The translations under genes were made by a program, and so were the position numbers. The notes under the pieces are model-generated. The model worked only from the letters and a program-made list of their open reading frames with translations. It searched no databases and had not been told where the DNA came from. Shown piece after piece: positions 47,859 through 57,675 of a stretch of DNA of 62,254 bases. The stretch is taken from NCBI GenBank assembly GCA_001795795.1, contig MGKV01000007.1:14553-76806 (forward strand). The letters run 5' to 3'. Every line of letters starts with the position of its first letter. Position 1 is the stretch's first letter. This DNA comes from Candidatus Yanofskybacteria bacterium RIFCSPLOWO2_02_FULL_45_18. GTDB lineage: Bacteria; Patescibacteriota; Minisyncoccia; 2-02-FULL-40-12; GWA2-44-9.

Positions 47859-48683
47859 ATGAAGCAATATAATCCCACAACTCCGTCCAGAAGGCATATG
47901 CAAGGATATGATTTTACCCAACTAAACAAAACGGGTGCTTTCAAGCCGCTTAAAAAGGGCTTCACCCGAGCCGTGGGCAGGAATAATACGGGCAGAATTA
48001 CCAGCTTTCACCGTGGCGGCGGAGTTAAACGCTTATATCGTGGAGTTGATTTTAAACAGGATAAGTTGAACATAGTGGGAAAGGTCATTTCTGTGGAGTA
48101 TGACCCTAACCGTACATCGCGCATTGCACTTTTGGTGTATGTTGACGGAGAAAAGCGTTATATATTGGCTCCGCAGGATCTTAAGGTTGGTGACAAAATA
48201 GTTACGGCAGAAAAAACTGAGATTAAACCGGGGAACCGTATGAAACTTAAGAACATACCCCAAGGAACTCAAGTACACAACGTTGAGTTGTTTCCTGACC
48301 AAGGCGGGAAAATAGTTCGGTCAGCCGGCAGTGCCGCATTAGTTCTTGCCAGCGAGGGGGGTTATGTGCAGTTGGTAATGCCGTCTTCTGAAGTCAGGGT
48401 TATTTCCGGAGAGAGCTTTGCTTCTATTGGCCAGCTTTCAAATGCCGAGCACAATCTTATAAATCTTGGTAAAGCCGGACGTTCAAGATGGCTTGGACGT
48501 CGTCCAAAGGTCAGAGGCACTGCCATGAATCCGGTTGATCATCCGTATGGCGGAGGCGAAGGCAGGCAGGGGCGGGGCACCAGAAGGCCAAAAACCAGAC
48601 ATGGAAAAATAACCGGCGGCAGGAAAACCAGAAATCCCAAAAAAAAATCGAATAAATTTGTTTTAAGGAGAAGGAATAGGTAA
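47859..48683 (+). CDS. rplB: Ribosomal protein uL2
   Basis: EYDPNR, RGTAMNPVDHPYGGGEG. Confidence 0.98.
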   Translation: MKQYNPTTPSRRHMQGYDFTQLNKTGAFKPLKKGFTRAVGRNNTGRITSFHRGGGVKRLYRGVDFKQDKLNIVGKVISVEYDPNRTSRIALLVYVDGEKRYILAPQDLKVGDKIVTAEKTEIKPGNRMKLKNIPQGTQVHNVELFPDQGGKIVRSAGSAALVLASEGGYVQLVMPSSEVRVISGESFASIGQLSNAEHNLINLGKAGRSRWLGRRPKVRGTAMNPVDHPYGGGEGRQGRGTRRPKTRHGKITGGRKTRNPKKKSNKFVLRRRNR

Positions 48684-48771
48684 CAAGAATAATAAGAATA
48701 AGCAGAATTATTAGAATTATAAGGTGCGGCCTGATAATTCCAATAATTCTAAATTCTGATAATTCTAAGTC

Positions 48772-49125
48772 ATGAGCAGAAGTTTAAAAAAAGGTCCATA
48801 TGTAGACCAGCGATTGCTTAAGAAAATAGGCAAGCTTAGGGCTGGAGATAAGGCCGTTGTCAAAACTTGGGCCAGAGCGTCTACCATTGTTCCGGAAATG
48901 ATCGGCTTTACTTTCGGGGTGCATAATGGAAGAATTCACATACCTGTTCTGGTTACCGAAGATATGGTAGGACACAAGCTTGGCGAATTTTCTTTGACAA
49001 AGAAGTTTACCCGGCATGGGGGTCGTATGCAACGTGAGATGGAAGCGGCTCAAAAGCAAAAAGAGATAGAAGCCGCCCAAACCGTAAAAGTGGCAACGAC
49101 GACGCCGGAAGCAGAGAAGAAATAG
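48772..49125 (+). CDS. rpsS: Ribosomal protein uS19
   Basis: [17 protein letters not shown]. Confidence 0.97.
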   Translation: MSRSLKKGPYVDQRLLKKIGKLRAGDKAVVKTWARASTIVPEMIGFTFGVHNGRIHIPVLVTEDMVGHKLGEFSLTKKFTRHGGRMQREMEAAQKQKEIEAAQTVKVATTTPEAEKK

Positions 49126-49190
49126 CCATTAGCCATTAGAAATTGGGCAGAAAATCTCTAAATCCTAATAGCTAAGTCTTAATCACTAAA

Positions 49191-49715
49191 ATGACTGAAG
49201 TATCCGCACAACTTAATAGAATACGATTGGCACCTCGAAAAGTTCGAGCGGTTGCCAATTTGTTAAAAGGCAAAAGTGCCGACAACGCCCTGCGCCAACT
49301 TGAATATCTCATAAAGAAACCGGCCTTGCCTCTTGCCAAACTGATAAAGTCGGCCATTGCTAATGCTGAAAACAACTTCAATATGGTTAGGGAAAATCTT
49401 TATATAAAAAGTTTTATTGTTAACGAAGGGGTGAAATTAAAGCGTTTTAAGCCTAAAGGTTTTGGGCGGGCCGCCATGATCCAGAAGAAAACCAGCTTGG
49501 TAACCTTGGTTTTAGATGAAAAAACCCCCGGTCTCAAAAGGGATAAAAAAGTTTTCCAAGAAGACAAGAAAATTTTAACCAAAGAAGAAGAGGTCCCGAA
49601 AGGTGTTGGGGAGAAAAAACCGGAGATTAAAAGAAAAATCGGACAGAGAAGTTTGATACCGGGGCTAGGGGGACTGAAGAAATTATTTAACAGAAAGACC
49701 ACGGGGGGCTTATAG
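49191..49715 (+). CDS. rplV: Ribosomal protein uL22 (C-terminal extension)
   Basis: APRKVR, SAIANAENN. Confidence 0.95.
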   Translation: MTEVSAQLNRIRLAPRKVRAVANLLKGKSADNALRQLEYLIKKPALPLAKLIKSAIANAENNFNMVRENLYIKSFIVNEGVKLKRFKPKGFGRAAMIQKKTSLVTLVLDEKTPGLKRDKKVFQEDKKILTKEEEVPKGVGEKKPEIKRKIGQRSLIPGLGGLKKLFNRKTTGGL

Positions 49716-49845
49716 GATAATGTTTAATCGTTCAATCCGTTCAATCACTCACATCCGTTCTCTCGTTTTGAACAAATAAAATGATTGAACATCTTGAACA
49801 AGCTAAACCAAGCCTGACTTGGTGAAGCGATAGAACAAAATTGTT

Positions 49846-50481
49846 ATGGGACAAAAAATTTCACCAATTTCATTAAGAATGGGAATTAACAAGGACTGGG
49901 TATCCCATTGGTTTAGCAGTCGTAAATATATTCCCTTTTTGAAAGACGAGGTTAAAATAAGAGATTTTTTCAGGGGGAAGTTGAAAAATATGGGGGTAGA
50001 TCGGATTGAAACAGAACGCGGCACGGACACATTTAATATCACAATTTTTACAGCTCGTCCGGGTTTAATAATCGGCGGAGGAGGTAGCGGCGTTGAAGAA
50101 TTGAAAAAAGCTATCTGCAAGTTGCTAAAAAAGAAAGTCGCGATCAGAATTGAGGTGCATGAGATTAAAACTCCCGAAGCTTCGGCGGCTGTAATGGCCG
50201 AGTCGATTGTTGATCAGATTGAAAAGCGACTTCCCTTTAGAAGGGTGATGAAACAGACGATAAGTAAAATAATGTCCAGCCGGGAAGTTAAGGGTGCCAA
50301 AATAAAAATAGGCGGACGGCTTGACGGGGCTGAAATAGCCAGAGTTGAACATTTGGAGGAAGGCAGTCTGCCATTGCAAACCTTAAGGGCTGATATAGAT
50401 TTTGCCAAAGCTACGGCGCATACAACCTATGGCACCGTAGGGGTGAAAGTGTGGATTTATAAGGGGGAAGTCTTCGAATAA
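49846..50481 (+). CDS. rpsC: Ribosomal protein uS3
   Basis: MGQK, GRLDGAEIAR, PLQTLRADID. Confidence 0.98.
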   Translation: MGQKISPISLRMGINKDWVSHWFSSRKYIPFLKDEVKIRDFFRGKLKNMGVDRIETERGTDTFNITIFTARPGLIIGGGGSGVEELKKAICKLLKKKVAIRIEVHEIKTPEASAAVMAESIVDQIEKRLPFRRVMKQTISKIMSSREVKGAKIKIGGRLDGAEIARVEHLEEGSLPLQTLRADIDFAKATAHTTYGTVGVKVWIYKGEVFE

Positions 50482-50490
50482 TCTTGCCGC

Positions 50491-50547
50491 ATTTGACATG
50501 TGGCATTTGACCAAGTGTGTCAATTGTCAATTGTCAATTGTCAATTG
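50491..50547. repeat. (GTCAATT)4 heptamer hairpin element before rplP
   Basis: TTGACATGTGGCATTTGAC arm, then 4 tandem GTCAATT (50519-50546). Confidence 0.85.
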
Positions 50548-50551
50548 TTCT

Positions 50552-50959
50552 GTGTTGCAGCCATCGCGAGTAAAACATACTAAAGTTCACGGGGGTAGAT
50601 TGAAAGAAACCACATTGCGCGGGACGACTTTAAGTTTCGGAAGCTTCGGACTTAAAGCGCTGGAAGCTTCTTGGCTAAAAGCCAGTCAGTTGGAATCAGC
50701 TCGTCGAGCCATGACTCGTTTTGTGCAGCGAGGGGGGAAAATCTGGATTAGAGTATTTCCTGACAAGCCTAGAACCGCTAAAAGTTCGGAGGTGGGAATG
50801 GGCGGCGGCCGGGGGGCGCTGTCGCATTGGGTGGTGCCGGTTGAATCAGGTAGGATACTTTTTGAGATAGATGGGTTGCCGGAGGACCAAGCTCGCGAGG
50901 CGCTGCGTTTGGGTGCCCACAAACTGCCCATTAAATGCAGGATAATTAGCCGCAACTAA
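50552..50959 (+). CDS. rplP: Ribosomal protein uL16 (GTG start)
   Basis: (M)LQP, QLESARRA, WIRVFPDKP, KLP. Confidence 0.95.
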   Translation: MLQPSRVKHTKVHGGRLKETTLRGTTLSFGSFGLKALEASWLKASQLESARRAMTRFVQRGGKIWIRVFPDKPRTAKSSEVGMGGGRGALSHWVVPVESGRILFEIDGLPEDQAREALRLGAHKLPIKCRIISRN

Positions 50960-51011
50960 CTTGTTCCCGCATCAAGGGACCGATTGGCCCAGCGGCGCGG
51001 GGAGTTGACTT

Positions 51012-51197
51012 ATGAAGAAAAATGAGTTACAAAATAAGGGCCGGAATGAACTATTGTCTTTGTTGGATGAATTAAGGGGCAAGCTTTTACAGCTTGACTT
51101 TGAACGCACAGAGAAGAGGATTAAGGATTCAAGCCAAGTTAAAAAAACAAAACAAGAAATTGCTAGAGCCCTTACGGCTATTAAATCGGCAAAATAA
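51012..51197 (+). CDS. rpmC: Ribosomal protein uL29
   Basis: Size, position, KQEIARALT. Confidence 0.9.
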   Translation: MKKNELQNKGRNELLSLLDELRGKLLQLDFERTEKRIKDSSQVKKTKQEIARALTAIKSAK

Positions 51198-51457
51198 TGA
51201 TTACTGAACACAAAAAAGAAAAAAACGGGCGCATTCTCGACGGCGTTGTCGTATCTGACAAAATGACAAAAACAGTGGTAGTGGAAATTTTGCACTTGAA
51301 ACAACACCCCAAGTATAAGAAATATTTCAAAGTTACCCGACGTTATAAAACGCATGATCCGGAAAGCCGGTACCATGTTGGGGACAAAGTTATAATTCAG
51401 GAAACAAGACCGATATCAAAAGATAAGAGATGGATAGTAGTAAGCAAGGCCGACTAA
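51197..51457 (+). CDS. rpsQ: Ribosomal protein uS17
   Basis: [24 protein letters not shown]. Confidence 0.97.
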   Translation: MITEHKKEKNGRILDGVVVSDKMTKTVVVEILHLKQHPKYKKYFKVTRRYKTHDPESRYHVGDKVIIQETRPISKDKRWIVVSKAD

Positions 51458-51465
51458 TGTATAAC

Positions 51466-51529
51466 ATTTGACATGTGACATTTGACCGAATGAGTCAATT
51501 GTCAATTGTCAATTGTCAATTGTCAATTG
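51466..51529. repeat. (GTCAATT)5 heptamer hairpin element before rplN
   Basis: TTGACATGTGACATTTGAC arm, then 5 tandem GTCAATT (51494-51528). Confidence 0.85.
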
Positions 51530-51892
51530 CTACAGCTTCGTTCCATAGTAAATGTTGCAGACAATAGCGGCGCCAAAAAAGTCGGTGTGTTTAAGGTGTT
51601 GGGCGGTTCAAGGAAAGATTTTGCCGAGATAGGCGACACCGTGGTGGTTTCGGTCAAAGTGGCTGAGCCCAGAAAGCTTGTAAAGAAAAAGGATGTCTTG
51701 CGCGCATTAGTGGTTCGTCAGCGGAAACCCTTCAGGCGCAAAGATGGAAGTTATGTCCGTTTTGACGACAATGCGGTTGTTATTCTTGATGGCGTTGAGC
51801 CAAAAGGCGGCAGGATTTTTGGTCCGATTCCGCGTGAGATAAAAGAAAAAGGGTTTAACACGATTGCATCACTGGCGGAGGAAGTGGTCTGA
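51527..51892 (+). CDS. rplN: Ribosomal protein uL14 (inferred TTG start)
   Basis: VADNSGAK, RFDDNAVV, RIFGP. Confidence 0.95.
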   Translation: MLQLRSIVNVADNSGAKKVGVFKVLGGSRKDFAEIGDTVVVSVKVAEPRKLVKKKDVLRALVVRQRKPFRRKDGSYVRFDDNAVVILDGVEPKGGRIFGPIPREIKEKGFNTIASLAEEVV

Positions 51893-51980
51893 TGAAAGAA
51901 TAATAAGAATTAACAGAATTATAAGAGTTAGCAGAAGTTGGCCAGATTACTCGCATTATTCTTATACTTCTGCTTATTCC

Positions 51981-52286
51981 ATGAAATTAAAAAAGGGAGA
52001 CAATATAATAATGTTAAGCGGAAAAGACAAAGGTAAAACCGGAACAGTGTCGGCTGTTTTGCCGAATTTAAACAAGATGGTGATTGGCGGACTTAACTTA
52101 ATTAAAAAAAATGTGCGGGCGAGAAAACAAGGACAGAAAAGCCAGATAATTTCCAAAGAGAGACCGGTCAGTATATCCAGTGTAGCTCTGATGTGCAAGT
52201 CATGCGGCAAACCAACACGCGTCGGCTTTAGCATTGCGGAAAAAAGCAAAATCCGAATTTGTAAAAAATGCGGAGCCGAAGTTTGA
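51981..52286 (+). CDS. rplX: Ribosomal protein uL24
   Basis: KKGD....SGKDKGK.G. Confidence 0.95.
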   Translation: MKLKKGDNIIMLSGKDKGKTGTVSAVLPNLNKMVIGGLNLIKKNVRARKQGQKSQIISKERPVSISSVALMCKSCGKPTRVGFSIAEKSKIRICKKCGAEV

Positions 52287-52521
52287 TGAGGCGACGCCCC
52301 TCATTAACCCCGCCTCATTTCTGGATGGCGGTCAGCGGATCAGATTGGTGACGGGGTGGAGCGGAAGTTGGATAACTAAATTCAAAATGCAAAAATTAAA
52401 ATGTCCCGACTTCATCGAGGACTCTCGACGGAATCGGAGCAAAATTAATGTCAGTGACAATTCCGCAAGCGGAATTGTCACTTTCCCGAATTTTTAATTT
52501 TTCATTTTAAATTTTATTTCT

Positions 52522-53064
52522 ATGGCCAGATTGCTTGAAAAATATGTGAAAACCGTAAAACCTGCCCTGCAGAAAGAGTTTGGTTTTAAAAATATAATGC
52601 AGATACCGAGGATTGAAAAGGTTGTCATTAACGTCGGGATTGGAAAAATTATCAAAGACGATAAAGCCGTTGATAAGGTTAGAAAAGATCTGGCCCTTTT
52701 ATCGGGCCAAAAAACCATTGCTCGAAAAGCTAAAAAGTCAATCGCCGGTTTTAAAATAAGAGAGGGCATGGAGGTCGGCTATATGGTTACCTTGCGCGGT
52801 AAGAGGATGTATGATTTTATAGATAGGTTGATTTCAATTGCTTTGCCTCGATCAAAAGATTTTCGGGGAATTGATGCCGGAAATTTTGACGAAAGAGGCA
52901 ATCTCAACATTGGCATCAAGGAGCATAACATTTTTCCGGAGATTAGTTACGAAAGCTTAAAAGATATTTTTAGTTTGCAGATTACGGTTGTAACCAAAGC
53001 CCAGAGTCGTGAACAGGCGATTGCCCTGTTGCGCGGCGTTGGGTTCCCATTACAAAAAAGTTAA
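52522..53064 (+). CDS. rplE: Ribosomal protein uL5
   Basis: KVVINVG, AKKSIAGFKIREG, VTLRG, IFPE. Confidence 0.97.
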   Translation: MARLLEKYVKTVKPALQKEFGFKNIMQIPRIEKVVINVGIGKIIKDDKAVDKVRKDLALLSGQKTIARKAKKSIAGFKIREGMEVGYMVTLRGKRMYDFIDRLISIALPRSKDFRGIDAGNFDERGNLNIGIKEHNIFPEISYESLKDIFSLQITVVTKAQSREQAIALLRGVGFPLQKS

Positions 53065-53181
53065 ATATTAAATATCAAAAATCAAAATGACAGATAAAAA
53101 TTCAAAAATAAATAAAATCAGCTCGTTTGTTTTGAGATTTGATTTTTAATTTTTGAATTTGACTGAGTAAAACGAAGGAAC

Positions 53182-53367
53182 ATGCCTAAAAAATCAACAA
53201 TTGCCAGATCAAACAAAAGGCCCAAATTTTCAAGCCGGATAGTGAACAGGTGTTTTATGTGTGGACGAAAAAAAGGATATTTAAGAAAATTTGGTTTATG
53301 CCGTATAGATTTTAGAGAATTAGCTAGCGCTGGCTTGCTTCCCGGAGTAACAAAATCAAGTTGGTAA
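53182..53367 (+). CDS. rpsN: Ribosomal protein uS14, short (type Z) form
   Basis: 61 aa, NRCFMCGR...[10 protein letters not shown]...PGVTKSSW. Confidence 0.95.
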   Translation: MPKKSTIARSNKRPKFSSRIVNRCFMCGRKKGYLRKFGLCRIDFRELASAGLLPGVTKSSW

Positions 53368-53375
53368 CATACAAC

Positions 53376-53438
53376 CTTTGACACGTGACCCTTGACAGCA
53401 ATGTCAAATGTCAATTGTCAATTGTCAATTGTCAATTG
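53376..53438. repeat. (GTCAATT)n heptamer hairpin element before rpsH
   Basis: TTGACACGTGACCCTTGAC arm, then GTCAAAT plus 4 GTCAATT (53403-53437). Confidence 0.85.
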
Positions 53439-53834
53439 GATCCAATCGCCGACATGTTAATAAGGATAAAAAACGCGCAACTGGTTGCGAAAGACCACGT
53501 CGTTTTTCCGTTTTCTAAAATTAAATTTACCATTGCCACGCTGCTTAAAAATAACGGATATGTTTCCGAAGTTAACAAAAGAAAAAGAAAAGCCAAAAAA
53601 ACAGAGCACGATTTTATTGAGATTGTTTTAAAATATTCAAATGGCTTGCCGAGGTTGCAGGGTTTTAAGTTGATAAGCAAACCCTCCCGCAGAATTTATA
53701 TAAAAGCATCTCGGATAAAACCGGTACGTTCGGGATTCGGTATGGCCATTATCTCAACTTCCAAAGGAATTATGTCGTCCAAGGAAGCATGGAAAGAAAA
53801 GTTGGGAGGAGAGCACATATGCGAGGTGTGGTAA
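53436..53834 (+). CDS. rpsH: Ribosomal protein uS8 (inferred TTG start)
   Basis: DPIADMLIRIKNA, SKPSRRIY, STSKG, GGE. Confidence 0.95.
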   Translation: MDPIADMLIRIKNAQLVAKDHVVFPFSKIKFTIATLLKNNGYVSEVNKRKRKAKKTEHDFIEIVLKYSNGLPRLQGFKLISKPSRRIYIKASRIKPVRSGFGMAIISTSKGIMSSKEAWKEKLGGEHICEVW

Positions 53835-53914
53835 GCAAAGATAGAATAATAAGAATTAGTAGAATTATAAGAATTATCGGGACTTTAATCTAATAATTCC
53901 AATAGTTCATAGTT

Positions 53915-54460
53915 ATGAGCAAGATCGGCAAAAAACCAATCACAATTCCGCAGGGCGTCGACATCAAAGTCGATGATTCTTCGGTTTTTGCCAAAGGTCC
54001 CAAAGGCGAGATTAGGCGTAATTTGCCAGATATGCTGACTGTTTCGGTGAGTGATGGTTTGGTAACCATAAGTCCGGTCGTTGGTGCTGGCAAGAGAAGC
54101 TCGGCAATGTGGGGTCTTTACCGGTCTTTGGTGCAGAATATGTTAACCGGCGTGGCGAGCGGATTTGAAAAAACCCTTGAATTTCAGGGCGTGGGCTATA
54201 AGGCTAATATCAAAGGCAAGGGACTTGAACTAAGTCTAGGTTATTCTCATCCGATTTTTTACCAAGCTCCGGAGGGTATAAACTTTAGTGTGGAGAAAAA
54301 CAGCATTACCGTTTCCGGTGTTGATAAGGAGTTGGTCGGACAGGTGGCGGCGGATATCAGGTCCAAGCGTAAGCCCGAACCATACAAGGGCAGCGGTATC
54401 CGTTATCGCGGAGAAATTATAAAGAAAAAAGCCGGTAAGAAAGCGGTAGCGACTTCATAA
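53915..54460 (+). CDS. rplF: Ribosomal protein uL6
   Basis: MSKIGKKP, GVGYKA, PEPYKG. Confidence 0.97.
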   Translation: MSKIGKKPITIPQGVDIKVDDSSVFAKGPKGEIRRNLPDMLTVSVSDGLVTISPVVGAGKRSSAMWGLYRSLVQNMLTGVASGFEKTLEFQGVGYKANIKGKGLELSLGYSHPIFYQAPEGINFSVEKNSITVSGVDKELVGQVAADIRSKRKPEPYKGSGIRYRGEIIKKKAGKKAVATS

Positions 54461-54551
54461 CGGCAAATTACAAATTACAGATTCCAAATTCCAAACAAAT
54501 TCCGATGACTGAAGTTTCAGAATTAAACCATTAGAGTTGAATTTAAAAGTT

Positions 54552-54914
54552 ATGGACATAAAGAAAAAACAATTGAATAAGGTAACGAGGCACAAGCGTG
54601 TGCGCGCTAAAATTTATGGTACACCGGGTCGGCCGCGGGTATCGGTCTTTAAAAGCAACCGGCATTTTTATGCGCAGCTGATTGACGATGTTTCGGGTAA
54701 AACATTGACGGCAATAAGCGATTTAACAATATCCAAAGCAAACAAAAAGGGCCGTAACAAGGTCAATATTGCCGGAGAACTGGGTGAATTATTGGGCAAG
54801 AAAGCGAAAGAGCTTAATATCGGCAATGTTGTTTTTGATAAGGGCAGTTTTAAATATCACGGCCGGGTAAGTATTTTTGCTGACGGATTGCGTAAATCGG
54901 GGATTAACGTATGA
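54552..54914 (+). CDS. rplR: Ribosomal protein uL18
   Basis: RPRVSVFKSN, AQLIDD, YHGRV. Confidence 0.96.
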   Translation: MDIKKKQLNKVTRHKRVRAKIYGTPGRPRVSVFKSNRHFYAQLIDDVSGKTLTAISDLTISKANKKGRNKVNIAGELGELLGKKAKELNIGNVVFDKGSFKYHGRVSIFADGLRKSGINV

Positions 54915-54928
54915 TCTGATTTAATTGA

Positions 54929-55489
54929 ATGGAACAAGAATTAAACAAAACTAGTATTGGGGCCGGATCGAGCGGCGGCCGCCAAACTTTCAAAAGAGGG
55001 CGGCGATTTGGTCGGGGATTTTCCGGTGGAGAGAAACGTTCCGAATATGACCAGAAAGTGTTGGATATTGCCCGAGTGGCGCGGGTGACCAAGGGTGGAA
55101 AAAGATTTAGCTTCCGTGCCACTATTGCAATTGGCGACGGCAAGGGTAGGGTAGGCGTTGGTATCGCAAAAGGAAAAGATGTTGCGCAATCCATACAAAA
55201 AGCCGCCGAACAAGCCAAAAAGAAACTTATTGCCGTAGTAACCGTGAATAATACGATTCCATATCAGGTTGAGGCCAAATACTCCAGCGCGATAGTGTTG
55301 CTAAAACCAGCCAGGGGGGGCGTTAAGGCGGGCGGACCGGTCCGTATAATTACCAAATTGGCCGGCATATCAAGTTTAACCGGCAAATTAATCAGGCGTA
55401 CCAACAACAAGCTGAATATTGCTATGGCCACAATCGAAGCGTTAAAGAAATTAAGGACTCGATCCAAAAATCAAAGCACAAGCGAATGA
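54929..55489 (+). CDS. rpsE: Ribosomal protein uS5
   Basis: RVARVTKGGKRFSF, AGGPVR. Confidence 0.96.
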   Translation: MEQELNKTSIGAGSSGGRQTFKRGRRFGRGFSGGEKRSEYDQKVLDIARVARVTKGGKRFSFRATIAIGDGKGRVGVGIAKGKDVAQSIQKAAEQAKKKLIAVVTVNNTIPYQVEAKYSSAIVLLKPARGGVKAGGPVRIITKLAGISSLTGKLIRRTNNKLNIAMATIEALKKLRTRSKNQSTSE

Positions 55490-55508
55490 TTTTTGGTCAT
55501 CGAACCTT

Positions 55509-55643
55509 ACCCCGCACTTATCAAGGATATGCAGCTTGTTGGTTCCGTGTCAGGATGCTGTATCTAGGGTTTATCCAAATATACCCTGAATCCAGCATCT
55601 TAAACGGCTGCTGTTAAAACCCAATCCTTGATAAGTGCGGGGT
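55509..55643. mobile_element. MITE-like palindromic element at the vacant rpmD position
   Basis: 20-bp perfect terminal IR ACCCCGCACTTATCAAGGAT/ATCCTTGATAAGTGCGGGGT with nested helices. Confidence 0.7.
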
Positions 55644-55705
55644 GACGAGTTTTGTAAGCAGTTCGTCTGCTCGCAGACTCACAACTCCTCACTGACAAAA
55701 TCATC

Positions 55706-56179
55706 ATGCAATTACACCAATTACAACCTAATACCTCCAGACGACGGACCAAATATATCGGTCGGGGCGGAAAAAGGGGGACAACCTCGGGTAAGGGCAC
55801 CAAAGGACAGCAATCACGCGCCGGCACCGGAATCAAGCCCGGTTTTCGTGGTGGCGACAATAGGATCTGGCAGCAATTTCCCAAACAGCGCGGAGCTTCT
55901 TCCAAACCGGGCAATGCGCGGCCGCATCACAAGCACCGCTTTTACCAGTTACGGCACGACAAAATGCCAATTTTAAATTTGGCTGACTTTAACCGGTTTA
56001 CCGACGGCGAGGTTGTTACTCCGGCGCTTGTTTTTAGGCAGGGTTTGGTAAACAATATTGATGACGGGGTTAAGGTATTAGCTGATGGCAAGCTTGGTAA
56101 AAAATTAGTCTTTGAAGGATTTGAATTTTCCGATTCCGCCAAAGAAAAAGTGGTCAAATCAGGCTCAACCATCAAATAA
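55706..56179 (+). CDS. rplO: Ribosomal protein uL15
   Basis: GRGGKRGTTSGKGTKGQ.SR, VKVLADG. Confidence 0.95.
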   Translation: MQLHQLQPNTSRRRTKYIGRGGKRGTTSGKGTKGQQSRAGTGIKPGFRGGDNRIWQQFPKQRGASSKPGNARPHHKHRFYQLRHDKMPILNLADFNRFTDGEVVTPALVFRQGLVNNIDDGVKVLADGKLGKKLVFEGFEFSDSAKEKVVKSGSTIK

Positions 56180-57438
56180 TGTCCAAAATCCTACAAATAT
56201 TCCAGCGTCCTGACCTTCGCAAAAAGGTTCTTTATGTTCTGGCCATATTGGTGATTTTTCGTATTGTTGACAACATACCCATTCCTTCGGTAGATCCATT
56301 AAAGTTGAAGGAATTTTTTGCTCAAAATCAATTTTTCGGCTTAATCAGTGCTTTTACCGGCGGTTCCCTGTCAACTCTTTCTATCGGTATGCTTGGTTTG
56401 GGCCCATACATTACGGGTTCCATTATTATGCAGCTTTTGACGATGATTTTTCCTTCGCTGGAGCAGATGTATAAGTATGAGGGTGAAGCGGGGCGGGCAA
56501 AATTCAACCAATATTCCAGAGTACTGACCGTGCCGTTGGCGGCGCTTCAGGGTTATGGGTTTTTGACGCTGTTGGCCCGTCAAGGAATCATAGGTTCTCT
56601 TGGGACTCTTGAATGGGCGACTACAATTTTAGCGGTAATTGCGGGGAGTGTTTTCTTAATGTGGCTGGGGGAACTGATTACCGAGAAAAACGTCGGCAAC
56701 GGCGTTTCCATATTGATTTTGGCGGGTATTGTGGCGCGGTTTCCCACTGATATTAAACAAGCTCTATTTACCTACAGTTCCAGCCAATTATTTACCTATG
56801 TCGGTTTTGTGGCGATTGCCTTGGCGGTGATTGTCGGCGTTATTTATATTTCAGAAGCCCAAAGGAATATTCCGATTAACTATGCCAAGAGAATTAGAGG
56901 GAACAGAGTATTTGGCGGAGTTTCCACCTATCTTCCGATGCGCGTTAACAACGCGGGGGTTATACCCATTATTTTTGCGTTGTCTATTCTTCTTTTCCCG
57001 GGCATGATCGCCAACTTTCTTTCAGGGGCAAGTGTCCCCGTTGTTTCCCAAATTGCAACCTCGGTAGCGGCTTTTCTTCAATCCCAAGTTTGGTACTCCA
57101 TTTTTTACTTTATCTTGGTTTTTCTTTTCACCTACTTTTATACCGCTGTTACCTTTGACCCCAAATCAATATCTGAGAATATCCAAAAACAGGGTGGCTA
57201 TATTCCCGGTATCCGGCCTGGCCCGATGACAGCCCAATTTCTCAATCATTTGCTGAATCGTGTTACGCTGGTTGGCGCTTTGTTTTTGGGTCTGATCGCG
57301 GTTATGCCAAACATTGTCCGCGGCTTTACGGGCATCACATCCTTTACGGTTGGGGGCACCTCTATTTTAATCGTTGTTTCAGTGGCGTTGGAAATTATGA
57401 AACAATTGGACGCTCAGCTTAGTATGTATCAATACTAA
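56179..57438 (+). CDS. secY: Preprotein translocase SecY
   Basis: PYITGSII, WLGELIT..GNG.S, AGVIPIIFA, IPGIRPG, GGTS.LI.V. Confidence 0.98.
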   Translation: MSKILQIFQRPDLRKKVLYVLAILVIFRIVDNIPIPSVDPLKLKEFFAQNQFFGLISAFTGGSLSTLSIGMLGLGPYITGSIIMQLLTMIFPSLEQMYKYEGEAGRAKFNQYSRVLTVPLAALQGYGFLTLLARQGIIGSLGTLEWATTILAVIAGSVFLMWLGELITEKNVGNGVSILILAGIVARFPTDIKQALFTYSSSQLFTYVGFVAIALAVIVGVIYISEAQRNIPINYAKRIRGNRVFGGVSTYLPMRVNNAGVIPIIFALSILLFPGMIANFLSGASVPVVSQIATSVAAFLQSQVWYSIFYFILVFLFTYFYTAVTFDPKSISENIQKQGGYIPGIRPGPMTAQFLNHLLNRVTLVGALFLGLIAVMPNIVRGFTGITSFTVGGTSILIVVSVALEIMKQLDAQLSMYQY

Positions 57439-57474
57439 CGCATAATAAAACCGCCTAGCCCGAAGAAGATTAGG
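57382..57474 (+). repeat. 93-bp direct repeat, copy 1 (secY 3' end plus left hairpin arm)
   Basis: 92/93 identical to 58697-58789. Confidence 0.95.
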
Positions 57475-57497
57475 GCTGTGGGCGGTTTTATTATGCG
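57439..57497 (+). terminator. Hairpin directly after the secY stop
   Basis: 17-bp perfect IR CGCATAATAAAACCGCC/GGCGGTTTTATTATGCG. Confidence 0.7.
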
Positions 57498-57675
57498 CGC
57501 ATTCTTAGGGATTCTAAATTTTGGATTGCTTCTGCGTTACCACTGCACTTCTCGCTCGCCGTACTTTTAGTACACCTCCTCACAATGCTCAATTACGTTT
57601 CGACCTTGGTGAAGCTGGGGAGTTTTAGCGTTCCGGTGTATAATAGATGCCCTAAAATCTCAGCCAATTATGGGG

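Noticed and set aside
50491..53438. Short tandem repeats as a CRISPR array
   Set aside because: Units are 7 nt with no unique spacers, and no cas genes are present.
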